64,000 nt of DNA from an uncultured Verrucomicrobiota bacterium (GTDB lineage Bacteria > Verrucomicrobiota > Verrucomicrobiia > Limisphaerales > UBA8199), in the NCBI GenBank assembly GCA_964623885.1, contig CAZUVM010000003.1, forward strand, positions 5,001 through 69,000, given 5' to 3'. Every line of letters starts with the position of its first letter. Position 1 is the first letter of the stretch. This document shows positions 17,706 through 26,561 of the stretch, piece after piece. Below the pieces are notes generated by a model. It was given only the letters and a program-made list of their open reading frames with translations. It made no database searches and was not told the DNA's origin. The position numbers were made by a program, and so were the translations under genes.

Positions 17706-20700
17706 ATGAAACCAATTAGCCATCCTACATCCCGAGCCAACTGCTGGCAGTTGACTAACTTCACCCGGTTCGTGGCCGTCCTTATGGCTTTGCTTCTGGG
17801 GAACCTCGCCTACGCCGGATTTAACCAGTTCAGCATAGGTATGAAGCTGGGGTCAGATAACACCAGAACCGGTAACTCGACATTGAACCCAACCGACACA
17901 GCGGGTTTGCCGGCAGTGTCACAAATCAACTGGAACAACCTGCCGGGAATCAGTGGCGCCGCCACGCTTACGGACAACGCCGGGAATACAACGTCCGCCG
18001 GCGTGGCTTGGTCCACGCCCACCGGCACTTGGTCCAGCGGCGCTAATAGCGCCTTTCCCGCTGGCCCCGACCAGGTGCTGATGAATGGTTACCTTGATAA
18101 CGGCGGCACGGCCACCGTTACTATTACGAATCTACCGAGCCAGCTCACCACCAAGGGTTATGACGTTTATGTTTATGCTTTGTTTGATACCCCGAATCGC
18201 GGCGGCACCTACTCAATCGTGGATGGGCTGAATCCGAGTACGGTCTTAACCAAGGTGGTTGGCCTCAACTCGGACTCCACCCCCACCAATTATGTCCAGG
18301 ACGCGCTGACCACCGCCAATGACACGGGCAACTACATCGTGTTTCATGGTTTAACCAATGCCAATATCCAATTGGTTGCGGTGGCGACCAATACCGGCAC
18401 TGCGCGGGCCGTTATTTGCGGTATGCAATTAGTTGCCGCGCCAGCTCCGGGGGAAGCGGGTTCTGCCACGGGCGCTACAGCCGCTCCCAACGCGACGAGC
18501 GGTCAGTTGGTCGTTTCCTGGAACAACGGTGTGAGCGCCCAGGGTGCGTTGGTGGTGATGCGCAAAGGGCTGCCGGTCACGGCTAAGCCTGTTGACGGCG
18601 TTGTTTACACTGCCAGCCAGAGTTTCGGCCTAGGTACTAACCTCGGGGATGATGAGTTCGGCGCGGGTAATTACGCGGTGTTCAACGGGGCAACCAGTGG
18701 TGGGAGCACCAGTGTGACGGTCAGCAACCTTATCCCCAATACGACATATTACGTTGCTGTGTATTCATCGACCGGTAGCGGCGCTAGCATCGACTACACT
18801 CTCGCGGCTCCTTCCACTACCAACGGGGTACCTGCGGGGAATTTGACCTCTTTGACCCTCAACCTGCCATCACCTGTCATCATCGGCAGCGCCCGTCATT
18901 TCTCGGTTTCCGCCAATTATGACAACGGCACCAGCTCTGACGTAACCGGACTAGCCACGGTTACCTCCACCAATACGAGCATCGTCACTATTATCAGCGC
19001 GGGGAGGCTGGGCGCCATCACCAATGGAACAGTTTGGTTGAGAGCGGTTTACAGCGGGAATACGAATTATGCTCCCGTCACAGTCTCGGGAATGTCCATG
19101 ACCTATCGTTTTAGCTTCAACGATCCGCCGGGAAGCTTGACTGTCACTGACAGCGTTGCTGGCGCGGTTGGAGTCATTTCAAACAGTCCTTCTACCGGCC
19201 CTGATGGAAACGGCAATTTAGTGTTCGATGGAGCGGGAGGCTACGTGGCGTTGCCGCCGAATATTCTCACGAACTACGGCGGCGTGACCATGGAATTCTG
19301 GGCCACCCTGGCCGCCACGAGTACGTGGGAGCGCTTCTGGGACTTCGGCTCTGGACAAACCGTGAACATGTTTATGACACCAGTTGCCGGTGGCGCCGTC
19401 CTCCGCACGGCTTTCACCGTCGGAGGCGGTGGTGCTGAGACCCGCGTCGACTATGGTTACAGTGCGGACTTCGGTCTGCACCAATTTGTGTTCACACTGG
19501 CTGGAGCGACCCGCACTGCCAAGCTATACCTCGACGGCGTCCAAGTCTCTTCCGTTTCGACCTTCACTCTGACACCTGAAGATGAAGGTCCGACTCCAAA
19601 CAACTATCTGGGCAAATCTCAGTACCCTGATCCGTATTTGACTGGCTCGATGGCGGACTTCCGAATCTACAACGGCCCGCTGGATCCTCTCTCGATTGCG
19701 ATCGATGCCGCTACGGGTCCCGACGTGATCACCAATAATCCAGGTGCCATTAGCTCGTTGATCATTAATGCGGGAAGCCCGATCGTTCAGTTTGGAACCG
19801 AACAAGTCGCCGTGACGGGCACATTTGCCAACATCGCCAATCCTGTCAATCTGGCCTCGGCCCCACAAACCAAATACTTTACGAGTGATTCCCATATTCT
19901 CGTGGTCGATCCAGTTGGCGTTCTTACGGCCACCGGGCCCGGCACCGGAACACTCACCGTCACCTCCTTTGGCCTGACGGGGTCCGTCCAGGTCGTGGTC
20001 ACGGCTTTGCCTCCCGGCATGACTCACCGGTGGTCATTCAATACCGATTTTAACGATTCCGTCAATCCGGCAACGCCGGCTTTCCCTCATAATTCTGTTT
20101 CTCTCGACGGCAACGGCAACGCCGTCCTGGATGGGGCCGGGGCTGCCAACACCACCAGCGGCAGCTACATCGAGCTGCCTGGAAACGTATTGCTGGGTTA
20201 CACCTCGATCGGGTTGGAATGCTGGTACACCGACGAGTGCGGCGACGGCACGGTGGTGAATCGCAACTGGGCTCGTTTGTTCGATTTCGGAAGTGGCGCG
20301 GGCAACAACCTGTTCGCCACTCCTTTTGTCGCAGGCATCGTCGATACATTTAGGTTCAGTTTGAATACCAATAACGCAGGGGAGTGGCAGGTGCACATCG
20401 CGCGGCCCATTACCAACGTCGAGCATCACCTGGTTTTCAACATCAACGCCACGAACCACACAGCCACAGCCTATATTGATGGCGAGTTTGCAGGGCAAAA
20501 CCAGAACTTTGCCGTTCTACCACGCGATCTCGGCCAAAACCCCAACGATTGGCTGGGCCGTTCTCAATACGGTGACCCATTGTTCCAGGGTTTGATCGAT
20601 GAATTCCGAATCTACAACGGCACTGTTGACCCGGTGCAAGTCGGCATCGATTTTGCCACTGGACCTAACACCATCGTTAACAATCCGGGAGCGCCGACTG

Positions 20701-22823
20701 CCGTCAACGTAGTCCTCACTACCAACATACTCGTGGGACAAACGATAAACGCTCAATGCCTCGCCAATTACGCCAGCGTGACTGGTGCGCATGTGACCTC
20801 TGCCGGGCCCACTTGGGTCAGCAGCGATCCCACGGTGGCTCGAGTTGACCAATTCGGGCGGTTGACCGCTGTTGGGGTGGGCTCCGCTACGATTAGCGCT
20901 ACGTTCAGCAATCTCACGGGAGTCGCGACCGTCTCAGTTGCTGCACAACCGCCGGTCCTCACGCACCGGTATAGTTTTGATTCCGGCGATGCCACCGACA
21001 GCGTCGGCGGGGCCAACGGCACTGCTACAGGCACCCCGGTGTTTACGAATGGCATGCTTACAATTGCTGACAGCTCTTCCTGGATTCAGCTTCCCGGACA
21101 TCTGTTTGACACCAACCTGGAAGTTACGTTGGAGTTCTGGGCTGTTATATTCAGTTCGAATGGCAGCGGCGCGCGCATGGCAGATTTTGGCACCTCGGCT
21201 GACTCTAATCCGAACGCGTTCGGCCGGTCGGCCTTCGGGCTCGCCCCGACCGCGAACGGCAATAACTTAATATCCTTCCGCCCAAGCCCGGGCGATCAGA
21301 TCGGCACACCGGCTATCGATAGCTACGGTCGCCCGGCGTTCGGCACCACCAACCACTATGCCTATGTCATCAGCGATATCGATCGACGGATAGACTTCTA
21401 TCTCAACGGAGCGCTGAAGGATAGCTTCCATTATAGCAGCCAGCCCGATGAGGAAATCGGCGGCGTTGTCCAGCTCCGCACCGTTCTCGGGTATCAATTC
21501 ACCAACCAGACTGAGGGCTGGTTTGGCAAGAACGTCGGCTCGGGGCTTTCCGGCGCGGTTGGCTCCGCGTTCCGCGGCAGTATTGACGAGTTCCGGATTT
21601 GGGCGGGTGCGATGGATCAGCTCCAGGCCGAGGTTAGCTACCAAAAGGGACCTGAGAATCCGCAGGTTAACGCAGGTGCTCTCCAAACTCTATCCGTGAA
21701 TATCAATGATCCGACGATGATCCTTGGCGCAGTGCAAAAGCCATCCGTCAGCGGCACCTTTGCCAATACAAGCGGCCAAATCGATTTGACGGGTTACTCA
21801 CCGGTGACCTTCACCTCCGACAACTCCGGTGTTGTTTCAGTCGTGAACGGCGGTAACACCAAACTCAAAGCGGTTGGCGTCGGCTCCGCTCACGTGGTGG
21901 CCTCCTATTTAGGCTTGAAAGTGACCAACAGTATCACTGTTATCGCTAAACCGCTCGCACAATTGACCCACCGCTATAGCTTCCGCGGCAACGCCAATGA
22001 CTCGGTTGGTCAGGCTAATGCCAGGTTGCTTGGCAATGCCGCCATCGTCGGCGGTCGCGTGGTCCTGGATGGGTCGTTGAATCCGTCCAGCTACGTCCTA
22101 TTGCCCAGCGACCTTATTAGCGGCTATGACCTGCTGACGTTTGAGGCATTCTACGCGGTGCCGGCGAGCGCCTCCGGCACGCAGCAACGGCTCTGGGATT
22201 TCGGCAATCATACGATCGCCAGCGGCGGCGTCGAAGGCTCGGGCTACTTCTACGAAGCGGCAGGACGCGGCGCGGTTGGTATGCCCAATAACCTGGGCAG
22301 CAGGTCGGAGGCAACCGCCGCGATCCCCCCAACTGTTGATCAAGCTGGCTACACGACCAATACCACGTGCGTGGCGGTTACGGTGGATTCAATCAACCAC
22401 ATCCTCAGCCTCTATACGAACGGCGTTTTCTGCGCCAGCGTTACCAACACTGCCGTCGACCTCTCGCTGGTAAATGATAACTTCAGCCAATTGGGCCGCT
22501 CGCAGTGGGCTGACCCGATGTACAACGGCTCGATCGATGAGTTCCGGATCTACTATGGCACGCTGACTGCAGGCCAGATCTCAGATAGCTTCGCCGGCGG
22601 GCCAGACCCGGAGACACTTAAGACAGTCGTTGGACCTGCTGCGGGCCAGGTCACCGTTTCATGGCCGGCCACGCTCGTAACCGCTGGTTACCAGTTACAG
22701 GTGAATTCAAGCTTGAACTCCGCGACTTGGGGACCGGGCGGTTCGCCGACTGTGGTGAATGGCCGGAACCAGGTCATCGTTAACAGCGGCTCAACCCCAT
22801 CGTTCTTCCGCTTGAAGAAATGA
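17706..22823 (+). CDS. Giant secreted LamG (Laminin_G_3)/Ig-like (Big_2-type) repeat protein
   Basis: 1705 aa with an N-terminal signal/anchor (FVAVLMALLLGNLAYA). Four modules begin [ML]T[HY]R[FWY]SF and end [IM][AD][DE]FRI[YW]xG, the Laminin_G_3 hallmark. They are separated by Ig-like segments. Almost no competing ORFs occur in the other frames. Confidence 0.9.
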   Translation: MKPISHPTSRANCWQLTNFTRFVAVLMALLLGNLAYAGFNQFSIGMKLGSDNTRTGNSTLNPTDTAGLPAVSQINWNNLPGISGAATLTDNAGNTTSAGVAWSTPTGTWSSGANSAFPAGPDQVLMNGYLDNGGTATVTITNLPSQLTTKGYDVYVYALFDTPNRGGTYSIVDGLNPSTVLTKVVGLNSDSTPTNYVQDALTTANDTGNYIVFHGLTNANIQLVAVATNTGTARAVICGMQLVAAPAPGEAGSATGATAAPNATSGQLVVSWNNGVSAQGALVVMRKGLPVTAKPVDGVVYTASQSFGLGTNLGDDEFGAGNYAVFNGATSGGSTSVTVSNLIPNTTYYVAVYSSTGSGASIDYTLAAPSTTNGVPAGNLTSLTLNLPSPVIIGSARHFSVSANYDNGTSSDVTGLATVTSTNTSIVTIISAGRLGAITNGTVWLRAVYSGNTNYAPVTVSGMSMTYRFSFNDPPGSLTVTDSVAGAVGVISNSPSTGPDGNGNLVFDGAGGYVALPPNILTNYGGVTMEFWATLAATSTWERFWDFGSGQTVNMFMTPVAGGAVLRTAFTVGGGGAETRVDYGYSADFGLHQFVFTLAGATRTAKLYLDGVQVSSVSTFTLTPEDEGPTPNNYLGKSQYPDPYLTGSMADFRIYNGPLDPLSIAIDAATGPDVITNNPGAISSLIINAGSPIVQFGTEQVAVTGTFANIANPVNLASAPQTKYFTSDSHILVVDPVGVLTATGPGTGTLTVTSFGLTGSVQVVVTALPPGMTHRWSFNTDFNDSVNPATPAFPHNSVSLDGNGNAVLDGAGAANTTSGSYIELPGNVLLGYTSIGLECWYTDECGDGTVVNRNWARLFDFGSGAGNNLFATPFVAGIVDTFRFSLNTNNAGEWQVHIARPITNVEHHLVFNINATNHTATAYIDGEFAGQNQNFAVLPRDLGQNPNDWLGRSQYGDPLFQGLIDEFRIYNGTVDPVQVGIDFATGPNTIVNNPGAPTAVNVVLTTNILVGQTINAQCLANYASVTGAHVTSAGPTWVSSDPTVARVDQFGRLTAVGVGSATISATFSNLTGVATVSVAAQPPVLTHRYSFDSGDATDSVGGANGTATGTPVFTNGMLTIADSSSWIQLPGHLFDTNLEVTLEFWAVIFSSNGSGARMADFGTSADSNPNAFGRSAFGLAPTANGNNLISFRPSPGDQIGTPAIDSYGRPAFGTTNHYAYVISDIDRRIDFYLNGALKDSFHYSSQPDEEIGGVVQLRTVLGYQFTNQTEGWFGKNVGSGLSGAVGSAFRGSIDEFRIWAGAMDQLQAEVSYQKGPENPQVNAGALQTLSVNINDPTMILGAVQKPSVSGTFANTSGQIDLTGYSPVTFTSDNSGVVSVVNGGNTKLKAVGVGSAHVVASYLGLKVTNSITVIAKPLAQLTHRYSFRGNANDSVGQANARLLGNAAIVGGRVVLDGSLNPSSYVLLPSDLISGYDLLTFEAFYAVPASASGTQQRLWDFGNHTIASGGVEGSGYFYEAAGRGAVGMPNNLGSRSEATAAIPPTVDQAGYTTNTTCVAVTVDSINHILSLYTNGVFCASVTNTAVDLSLVNDNFSQLGRSQWADPMYNGSIDEFRIYYGTLTAGQISDSFAGGPDPETLKTVVGPAAGQVTVSWPATLVTAGYQLQVNSSLNSATWGPGGSPTVVNGRNQVIVNSGSTPSFFRLKK

Positions 22824-22856
22824 GAGGCCGAATATTAATTCACAGTAGTTGAGACC

Positions 22857-22888
22857 GAGGCGGGCCGGAGGGGGTTCCGGCCCGCCTC
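22857..22888 (+). terminator. Strong GC hairpin between the giant gene and the pseudopilin gene (attenuator/terminator candidate)
   Basis: A perfect 13-bp stem GAGGCGGGCCGGA / TCCGGCCCGCCTC with a 6-nt loop, 34 nt after the stop. There is no U-tract, so its function is uncertain. Confidence 0.35.
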
Positions 22889-22911
22889 AACAATGAGAAA
22901 GTGACAGTAGC

Positions 22912-23670
22912 ATGATTACGGAAAGCAAACCAAAACGGGCCGCCGCAGTCCTGCGGGCCGCCTTTACCCTCATTGAGTTGCTGGTGGTCATAGCCATTAT
23001 CGCCATTCTGGCGGCCATGCTACTGCCCGCGCTCGCCAAGGCGCGCGAGCGCGCCATTCGCACCACGTGCCTCAATAATCTGAAGCAAATGAATATCGCG
23101 TTCGTTATCTACGGGAATGATAACCGTGATAAAACCCCGCGAGGCGGCGTGCAGGGTAATTGGGCTTGGGATCTGCCTTGGGACCCCGGCCTGCAAATGC
23201 TTTCCAATGGTGTCCTTTGGAAAACCTTCTATTGCCCGGGCACTGCTCCGCGTTTTCAGGAGACCAACAACTTTGATCTTTTCTGGCGCTTTGCTCCCGG
23301 GACGTTCCACGTCGCCGGTTACGCGCTGACGGTGCCGGATCTCGCGAGTGTGATCCCCACGAACATCAATTATTCGTTGGTCCCGGGGAATATTACCTAC
23401 GGCGCTCTGACGATGATGCCACCGAGCACTTCCGATCGTGTTTTGGACGCCGATGCGACCATCAATGAGAACGGCAGTTGGACCAGCATCGTTGGCGGCT
23501 ATACCTATCCGTGGCCAGGCGGCCCGAGTTGGCCGCACATCACGGCTCATCTCAAAGGCCAAATACCCGCCGGCGGCAACGTCGGTTACTTGGATACGCA
23601 CGTTGCCTGGAAAAAATTTGAGCAAATGCAGCAGCGGACCGTTTCGGGCCCGCCGTCGTTTTGGTGGTGA
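22912..23670 (+). CDS. Prepilin-type N-terminal cleavage/methylation domain protein (divergent H-X9-DG/DUF1559-like pseudopilin)
   Basis: The N-terminus [25 protein letters not shown] is the class III signal and methylation motif. The C-terminal [13 protein letters not shown] is a degenerate form of the H-X9-DG motif (DT instead of DG). Confidence 0.9.
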   Translation: MITESKPKRAAAVLRAAFTLIELLVVIAIIAILAAMLLPALAKARERAIRTTCLNNLKQMNIAFVIYGNDNRDKTPRGGVQGNWAWDLPWDPGLQMLSNGVLWKTFYCPGTAPRFQETNNFDLFWRFAPGTFHVAGYALTVPDLASVIPTNINYSLVPGNITYGALTMMPPSTSDRVLDADATINENGSWTSIVGGYTYPWPGGPSWPHITAHLKGQIPAGGNVGYLDTHVAWKKFEQMQQRTVSGPPSFWW

Positions 23671-23776
23671 ACAGCTTCGCGGGGCTGTAGACCACCGGAT
23701 CCGGATTTTGCTTGCGTGTGTCAGCGTAGTGCAAGCAGATCGGGGAAGCGTGTAAAGGACGCGCGCTTCCAGGGTC

Positions 23777-23810
23777 GAGGGGGGGACGACTGGGGTTGCG
23801 TCCCTCCCTC
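23777..23810 (+). terminator. Candidate intrinsic terminator downstream of the pseudopilin gene
   Basis: A 12-bp stem GAGGGGGGGACG / CGTCCCTCCCTC with one mismatch and a 10-nt loop, followed by TTCAGTTTAT. Confidence 0.4.
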
Positions 23811-23893
23811 TTCAGTTTATCGAGAGACAATGAACACACAGCCGTTCGTGCCTCATTGGTGGCATGTGGCGGAAATTCTGCAACACCTTAAAA

Positions 23894-26410
23894 ATGCGGC
23901 GCTTTGACTTCCTGACCCCCTCCTCGTTCGCGCTTTTTTCAGCGTGCACGCTATGCTTCGGTTTATTATCCCTGTCCGCGGCAACCACAGACGATCTCGC
24001 CGCCACCAATCGTGTCGATGCCGTTCAGCAACGCCGCGGCCGTTTCGGCGCGTCGGACCCCGGAGTCTATAAAGCCCGCATCACACCTCATTGGTTTCAG
24101 GGAGACTTGCGCTTCTGGTATCGCAATGACTTACGGGAGGGTGCCAAGGAATTCATTCTCGTCAATGCCGAGACTGGCAAGCGCGAGCCCGCGTTTGATC
24201 ACGCCAAACTGGCCGCTTCCCTCTCACAAGCTGCCGGCGAGTCTTTCAAACCGGACACACTCCCATTTTCCAGCATTGAATTTGTCCACGATAGCCAATC
24301 TCTCCAGTTCGAAGCCGCCGGCAAAACCTGGGAGTGCGATCTGGCTAACTACCAATGTCATGAAGTGCCTAAAACTTCTGCTTCAAATGCCGCGACGCCC
24401 CATCGACTGGCAGAGGCGTCGTCCCTGGTCTCCGCGGTGGCCTCATCCACCCTGGTAGGGACGCCGTCCACGGCGTCCCAAACTCCAGGTAGCTCTGCCG
24501 ACGAACTGGACCCACCAAGCGACGATCTCCCTTTCGCCGAACCCGATGCTCTCGATGCCTCACCTCAGGCGACTCAAGACAATCAGGATGCCGACTCCGG
24601 TCCCGGCGAGCGCCGTCGGCGTGGCGAGTCCTCCCGCCCGCGCCGTTCGCCCGACGGCAAATGGAGTGCCTTCGTTAAAGGCTACAATATCTATTTGCGG
24701 GCCGAGGATGGTGGACAGGAATACCCGCTCACTCATGATGGCCAGGCGACAAACGCCTATGGCCGCCTCGAATGGGCGCCCGATTCTCAGGGGTTGGTCG
24801 CCTGGCGCATTGAACCCGGCGATCATAAAGATGTTTACCTCATCCAATCCTCGCCGCCCGGTGGCGGACGCGCAAAGTTCCGTGCACGTCCCTATGATCT
24901 GCCGGGCGACAAGCTCACGCTGTACGAATTAAGTGTCTTTGATGTGGTGTCTCGCGCGCAAACCAAACCGGACGTGGACCGCTTCGAACACGGCTGGGAG
25001 GCTCCGGCCTTTCATTGGTGCGCGGACCAGCGGCATTTCTGCTACGTGAAGGTGGATCGCGGCCATCAGCGCTATCGCGTTATTGAAGTTGACTCCCGTT
25101 CCGGCGCGCTCCGCAACCTCATCGACGAAAAGTCCAACACGTTCATCTGGACTGCCCACACGGAAGCCCTCAACCTGAACTATGTCAACTGGCTCGAGAA
25201 ATCCGACGAGATGATCTACGTCTCGGAACGGGATGGGTGGAGGCATCTTTACCTGGTGGATACGAAAGCCGGCCGGATTAAAAACCAGATCACCAAGGGC
25301 GAGTTCGTCGTGCGCGGTATCGATCGCATCGACGAGGAACACCGGCAGGTCTGGTTCCGGGCCGGCGGCAAAAACCCGGACCAGGATCCCTATTTTGTTC
25401 ACTATTACCGCGTCAATTTCGATGGGACAGGTCTGACCGCTTTAACCGAGGGTAACGGCAATCACACGATCCAATACTCGCCGGATCGAAAATACATCAT
25501 CGATACGTATAGCCGGGTAGATAGTCCACCGGTGCACGAACTTCGCCGCGTCTCTGATTGCGGTTTGGTGTGCGAATTCGAAAAAGCCGATGCTTCTGAG
25601 TTGCTGGCCACCGGGTGGAAACCTCCTGAGGTGTTCGTTGCCAAAGGCCGCGACGGCAAGACCGACATTTGGGGCATCATCTGCAGGCCAAAGAATTTCG
25701 ACCCGGCCAAAAAATATCCTGTGCTTGAGAGCATCTACGCCGGCCCGCAGGGTTCTTACGTCCCCAAATCCTTCGGTGGCGTCCGCCGCTTCTCGTCCTT
25801 TACCGACTTGGGTTTCGTGGTGGTTCAAATGGATGGGATGGGAACTGCCAATCGCTCGAAAGCATTCCACGATGTCTGCTGGCACGACCTCAAGGACGCA
25901 GGTTTTCCCGATCGCATTCTCTGGCACAAAGCGGTTGCGGCCAAATATCCCTGGTATGACATCACCCGTGTCGGTGTCTACGGCACCTCCGCCGGCGGCC
26001 AGAATGCTGCGGCTGCCGTCTTGTTTCATCCCGAGTTCTACAAAGCGGCTGTCGCCAACAGCGGCTGCCATGATAACCGCATGGATAAGGCCTCGTGGAA
26101 CGAGCAGTGGATGGGCTATCCCGTCGGTCCCCAATACTCCGAGAGCTCCAACATCGATCATGCTGGGCTCCTCCAGGGTTATCTCATGCTGATTGTCGGT
26201 GAAATGGACGAGAACGTCCCGCCCGAAAGTTCCTTTCGCTTTGTCGATGCATTAATCCGGGCGAATAAAGACTTTGATCTGTTGGTCGTGCCCAACGGTG
26301 GTCACGGCGCCGGGGGCGCTTATGGCCAGCGCAGAATGCAGGACTTTTTCGTACGGCACTTGCAAGGATCCGAACCGCCTAACCGCAACGCCTTATCAGC
26401 CGGATCCTGA
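23894..26410 (+). CDS. S9 family serine peptidase, DPP-IV-like (beta-propeller plus alpha/beta hydrolase)
   Basis: The start is ATG 23894 (MRRFDFLTPSSFALFSA..., a signal peptide). SPDGKW and DPPIV_N-like propeller segments are present. The catalytic triad context is VGVYGTSAGG (Ser), GEMDENV (Asp) and NGGHG (His). Confidence 0.9.
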   Translation: MRRFDFLTPSSFALFSACTLCFGLLSLSAATTDDLAATNRVDAVQQRRGRFGASDPGVYKARITPHWFQGDLRFWYRNDLREGAKEFILVNAETGKREPAFDHAKLAASLSQAAGESFKPDTLPFSSIEFVHDSQSLQFEAAGKTWECDLANYQCHEVPKTSASNAATPHRLAEASSLVSAVASSTLVGTPSTASQTPGSSADELDPPSDDLPFAEPDALDASPQATQDNQDADSGPGERRRRGESSRPRRSPDGKWSAFVKGYNIYLRAEDGGQEYPLTHDGQATNAYGRLEWAPDSQGLVAWRIEPGDHKDVYLIQSSPPGGGRAKFRARPYDLPGDKLTLYELSVFDVVSRAQTKPDVDRFEHGWEAPAFHWCADQRHFCYVKVDRGHQRYRVIEVDSRSGALRNLIDEKSNTFIWTAHTEALNLNYVNWLEKSDEMIYVSERDGWRHLYLVDTKAGRIKNQITKGEFVVRGIDRIDEEHRQVWFRAGGKNPDQDPYFVHYYRVNFDGTGLTALTEGNGNHTIQYSPDRKYIIDTYSRVDSPPVHELRRVSDCGLVCEFEKADASELLATGWKPPEVFVAKGRDGKTDIWGIICRPKNFDPAKKYPVLESIYAGPQGSYVPKSFGGVRRFSSFTDLGFVVVQMDGMGTANRSKAFHDVCWHDLKDAGFPDRILWHKAVAAKYPWYDITRVGVYGTSAGGQNAAAAVLFHPEFYKAAVANSGCHDNRMDKASWNEQWMGYPVGPQYSESSNIDHAGLLQGYLMLIVGEMDENVPPESSFRFVDALIRANKDFDLLVVPNGGHGAGGAYGQRRMQDFFVRHLQGSEPPNRNALSAGS

Positions 26411-26561
26411 AACGTTGTGCTCTGTAGACAGTACGCATTTACATCTGCTCTAGGGGCGATCTCCCTCTCCTCCTCGGGAGAGGTCGGGGTCATGAGTTTA
26501 TTGTAAACACGTCTCTGTTGCACCATACTAGACCTGTTCAAAACGAGTTTTTTGCGAAGGA

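Noticed and set aside
22887-23075. A 62-aa ORF antisense to the pseudopilin N-terminus (…[23 protein letters not shown]…).
   Set aside because: It is the mirror image of the hydrophobic class III signal sequence on the opposite strand, which is a typical artefact.
26461-26495. The motif CTCCCTCTCCTCCTCGGGAGAGGTCGGGGTCATGAG, and a second motif CAGCCCCGTCAGGGGCGGCATATGGG at about 30858-30885. Both resemble REP-type sequences that I associate with PVC genomes.
   Set aside because: Each occurs only once in the window and the stems are short (5-6 bp). Repetitiveness cannot be shown from this sequence alone.
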